Of a stretch of DNA of 64,000 bases, positions 62,781 to 64,000 are shown piece after piece. The position numbers were made by a program, and so were the translations under genes. The notes below the pieces were generated by a model. It searched no databases. It worked only from the letters and a program-made list of their open reading frames with translations, and was not told the origin of the DNA. Position 1 is the first letter of the stretch. Every line of letters begins with the position of its first letter. Origin of the DNA: Camelus ferus (taxonomy: Eukaryota); NCBI RefSeq assembly GCF_009834535.1, contig NC_045707.1, positions 51,090,001-51,154,000 on the forward strand, written 5' to 3'.

Positions 62781-63236
62781 GTAAGTGTACATCTATTCTT
62801 TTTTCATTCTAAAGTTTAAAAGTAAAATCAACTTGTACCTTTATCTGGCTTAAAGTGGCAGATCCCTCCCACTAATATTAATGCAAGAAATTCAGCTTTT
62901 ATTTTTACTAGGTATTGATGTATATTAACTTCTCTGATGCTTTTTTTGTAACAGTAAACGTAAGATTCTTATGCTTTGCATAAAACTTCATTACAAATGA
63001 TTTTTGGAGATTTTAAATGTAGTTATGAGTTTTGCTGTGGTAAGAACATACAGTTAGATAAAATAGGAAAATATGTTATAGCATTATTTCCATTCAAATG
63101 TGTGATATGTTTCTAGTTTTTCTTTATAATTAACAGAAATATTTGTTGTATCTTATTTTAAAACACTCATGTGTATATTTTTATTATTTTTTTCCTTTTC
63201 TTTTCCTGTTTCTTCTCTTTCTTCTGCTTCAAGCAG

Positions 63237-63860
63237 AGTCTGTCATGTGACACAGCTGTGCTTTCTACTCTTGCTACCAGTGTTAGTAAAAACAGGTACA
63301 ATATTCTTCACAAAAAGAATGCTTTACACAGGAACAAAAAGAAACCCATAACAGTACTCAGAATTAAAGATGGGAAGGGAATAGATGTCAGTGACAAGTT
63401 ATGTCATCAGCTACCTAGAAATACTGCACAGTATTATGGTAATGAAGAAAAACACAAAGCAGAAGTTATTGTAGATCCTGCTGAGCTAAATAAGTCTGAG
63501 TCACGGCCAAACAATAAATCAAGTCCATTTAGGTCAACAGATGGTACCTTGGCAGATTTTAACTCCAATGTTGAAAAGGAACCAGATCCTGAAATTGAGA
63601 ATATTAATCAGGACTCTTGTGAAAATTATGAACAGGGTTATAAAAACAAGGAAGAGAATGAGCTAGGCAAGAATGAGAAAGGAAAGGGACACGTAGCTGA
63701 AGATGTGGGTCACAGCCATCACATGGATCCAGAAGAATCTGCCGGGGAGGACGGTGGCTGTGCCGCAGGGGCTGCTGCGGTGACTCAGTGCGCTGAGGAG
63801 GATGCGCAGGCAAACTCTGAAACTGATGCGCCAGCCCAGTCGAGAAACGAAGTGTCCCAG
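63237..63860 (+). CDS. CEP290: Putative non-canonical CEP290 exon '44a' (624 nt, 208 aa); cassette or alternative last exon
   Basis: About 50-nt polypyrimidine tract, then aagcag| acceptor in phase 0 with exon 44; stop-free for 208 codons; CAG|gtttaa donor at 63860; in-frame TAA at 63864-63866; AATAAA at 63981-63986. Confidence 0.65.
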
Positions 63861-64000
63861 GTTTAAGTCCGTGGCAGTCTGCTATTTCTCTGTTAGCTGA
63901 GTTCTCTTATAGCAAGTAGTATATGTATATGATGCAAATAGAAACAAATTGTGTAGGATTTGTAAAAAATATTAGTTTTTAATAAACTTCTCTTTAAACC

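Noticed and set aside
62955..62959. Possible 5-nt poison microexon (aacag|TAAAC|gtaaga) in intron 44
   Set aside because: Too short to support from sequence alone; such motifs arise by chance in AT-rich introns.
1..64000. Prokaryote-type systems (CRISPR arrays, operons, defence loci)
   Set aside because: The window is a mammalian intron-exon locus; no regularly spaced repeat-spacer array or bacterial-type ORFs were seen.

Overview
AT-rich mammalian genomic DNA. It is probably camelid, inferred from Vic-1-type tRNA-derived SINEs and a young L1 3' end. The whole window lies inside the + strand of CEP290 (centrosomal/transition-zone coiled-coil protein, NPHP6). I traced 39 consecutive canonical coding exons, matching human exons 6-44 as I recall their numbering and lengths, with consistent splice phases; the gene begins before the window and continues past it. 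Introns carry L1, L2, MIR, Vic-1 SINE and DNA-transposon remnants. Main anomalies: (1) three intact, frame-preserving exons outside the canonical 2479-aa isoform (771 nt and 93 nt in intron 18; 624 nt in intron 44), two of which could also be alternative terminal exons; (2) a +1 frameshift with a premature stop in exon 40; (3) a U6atac snRNA-L1 chimeric retrocopy with target-site duplication; (4) a perfect 39-nt duplication of the exon 34 acceptor whose upstream copy leads to a stop; (5) a young L1 inserted into the exon 42 polypyrimidine tract; (6) a 72-nt GC-AG intron. Repeat family names come from recalled consensus sequences, not database searches, and repeat boundaries are approximate.
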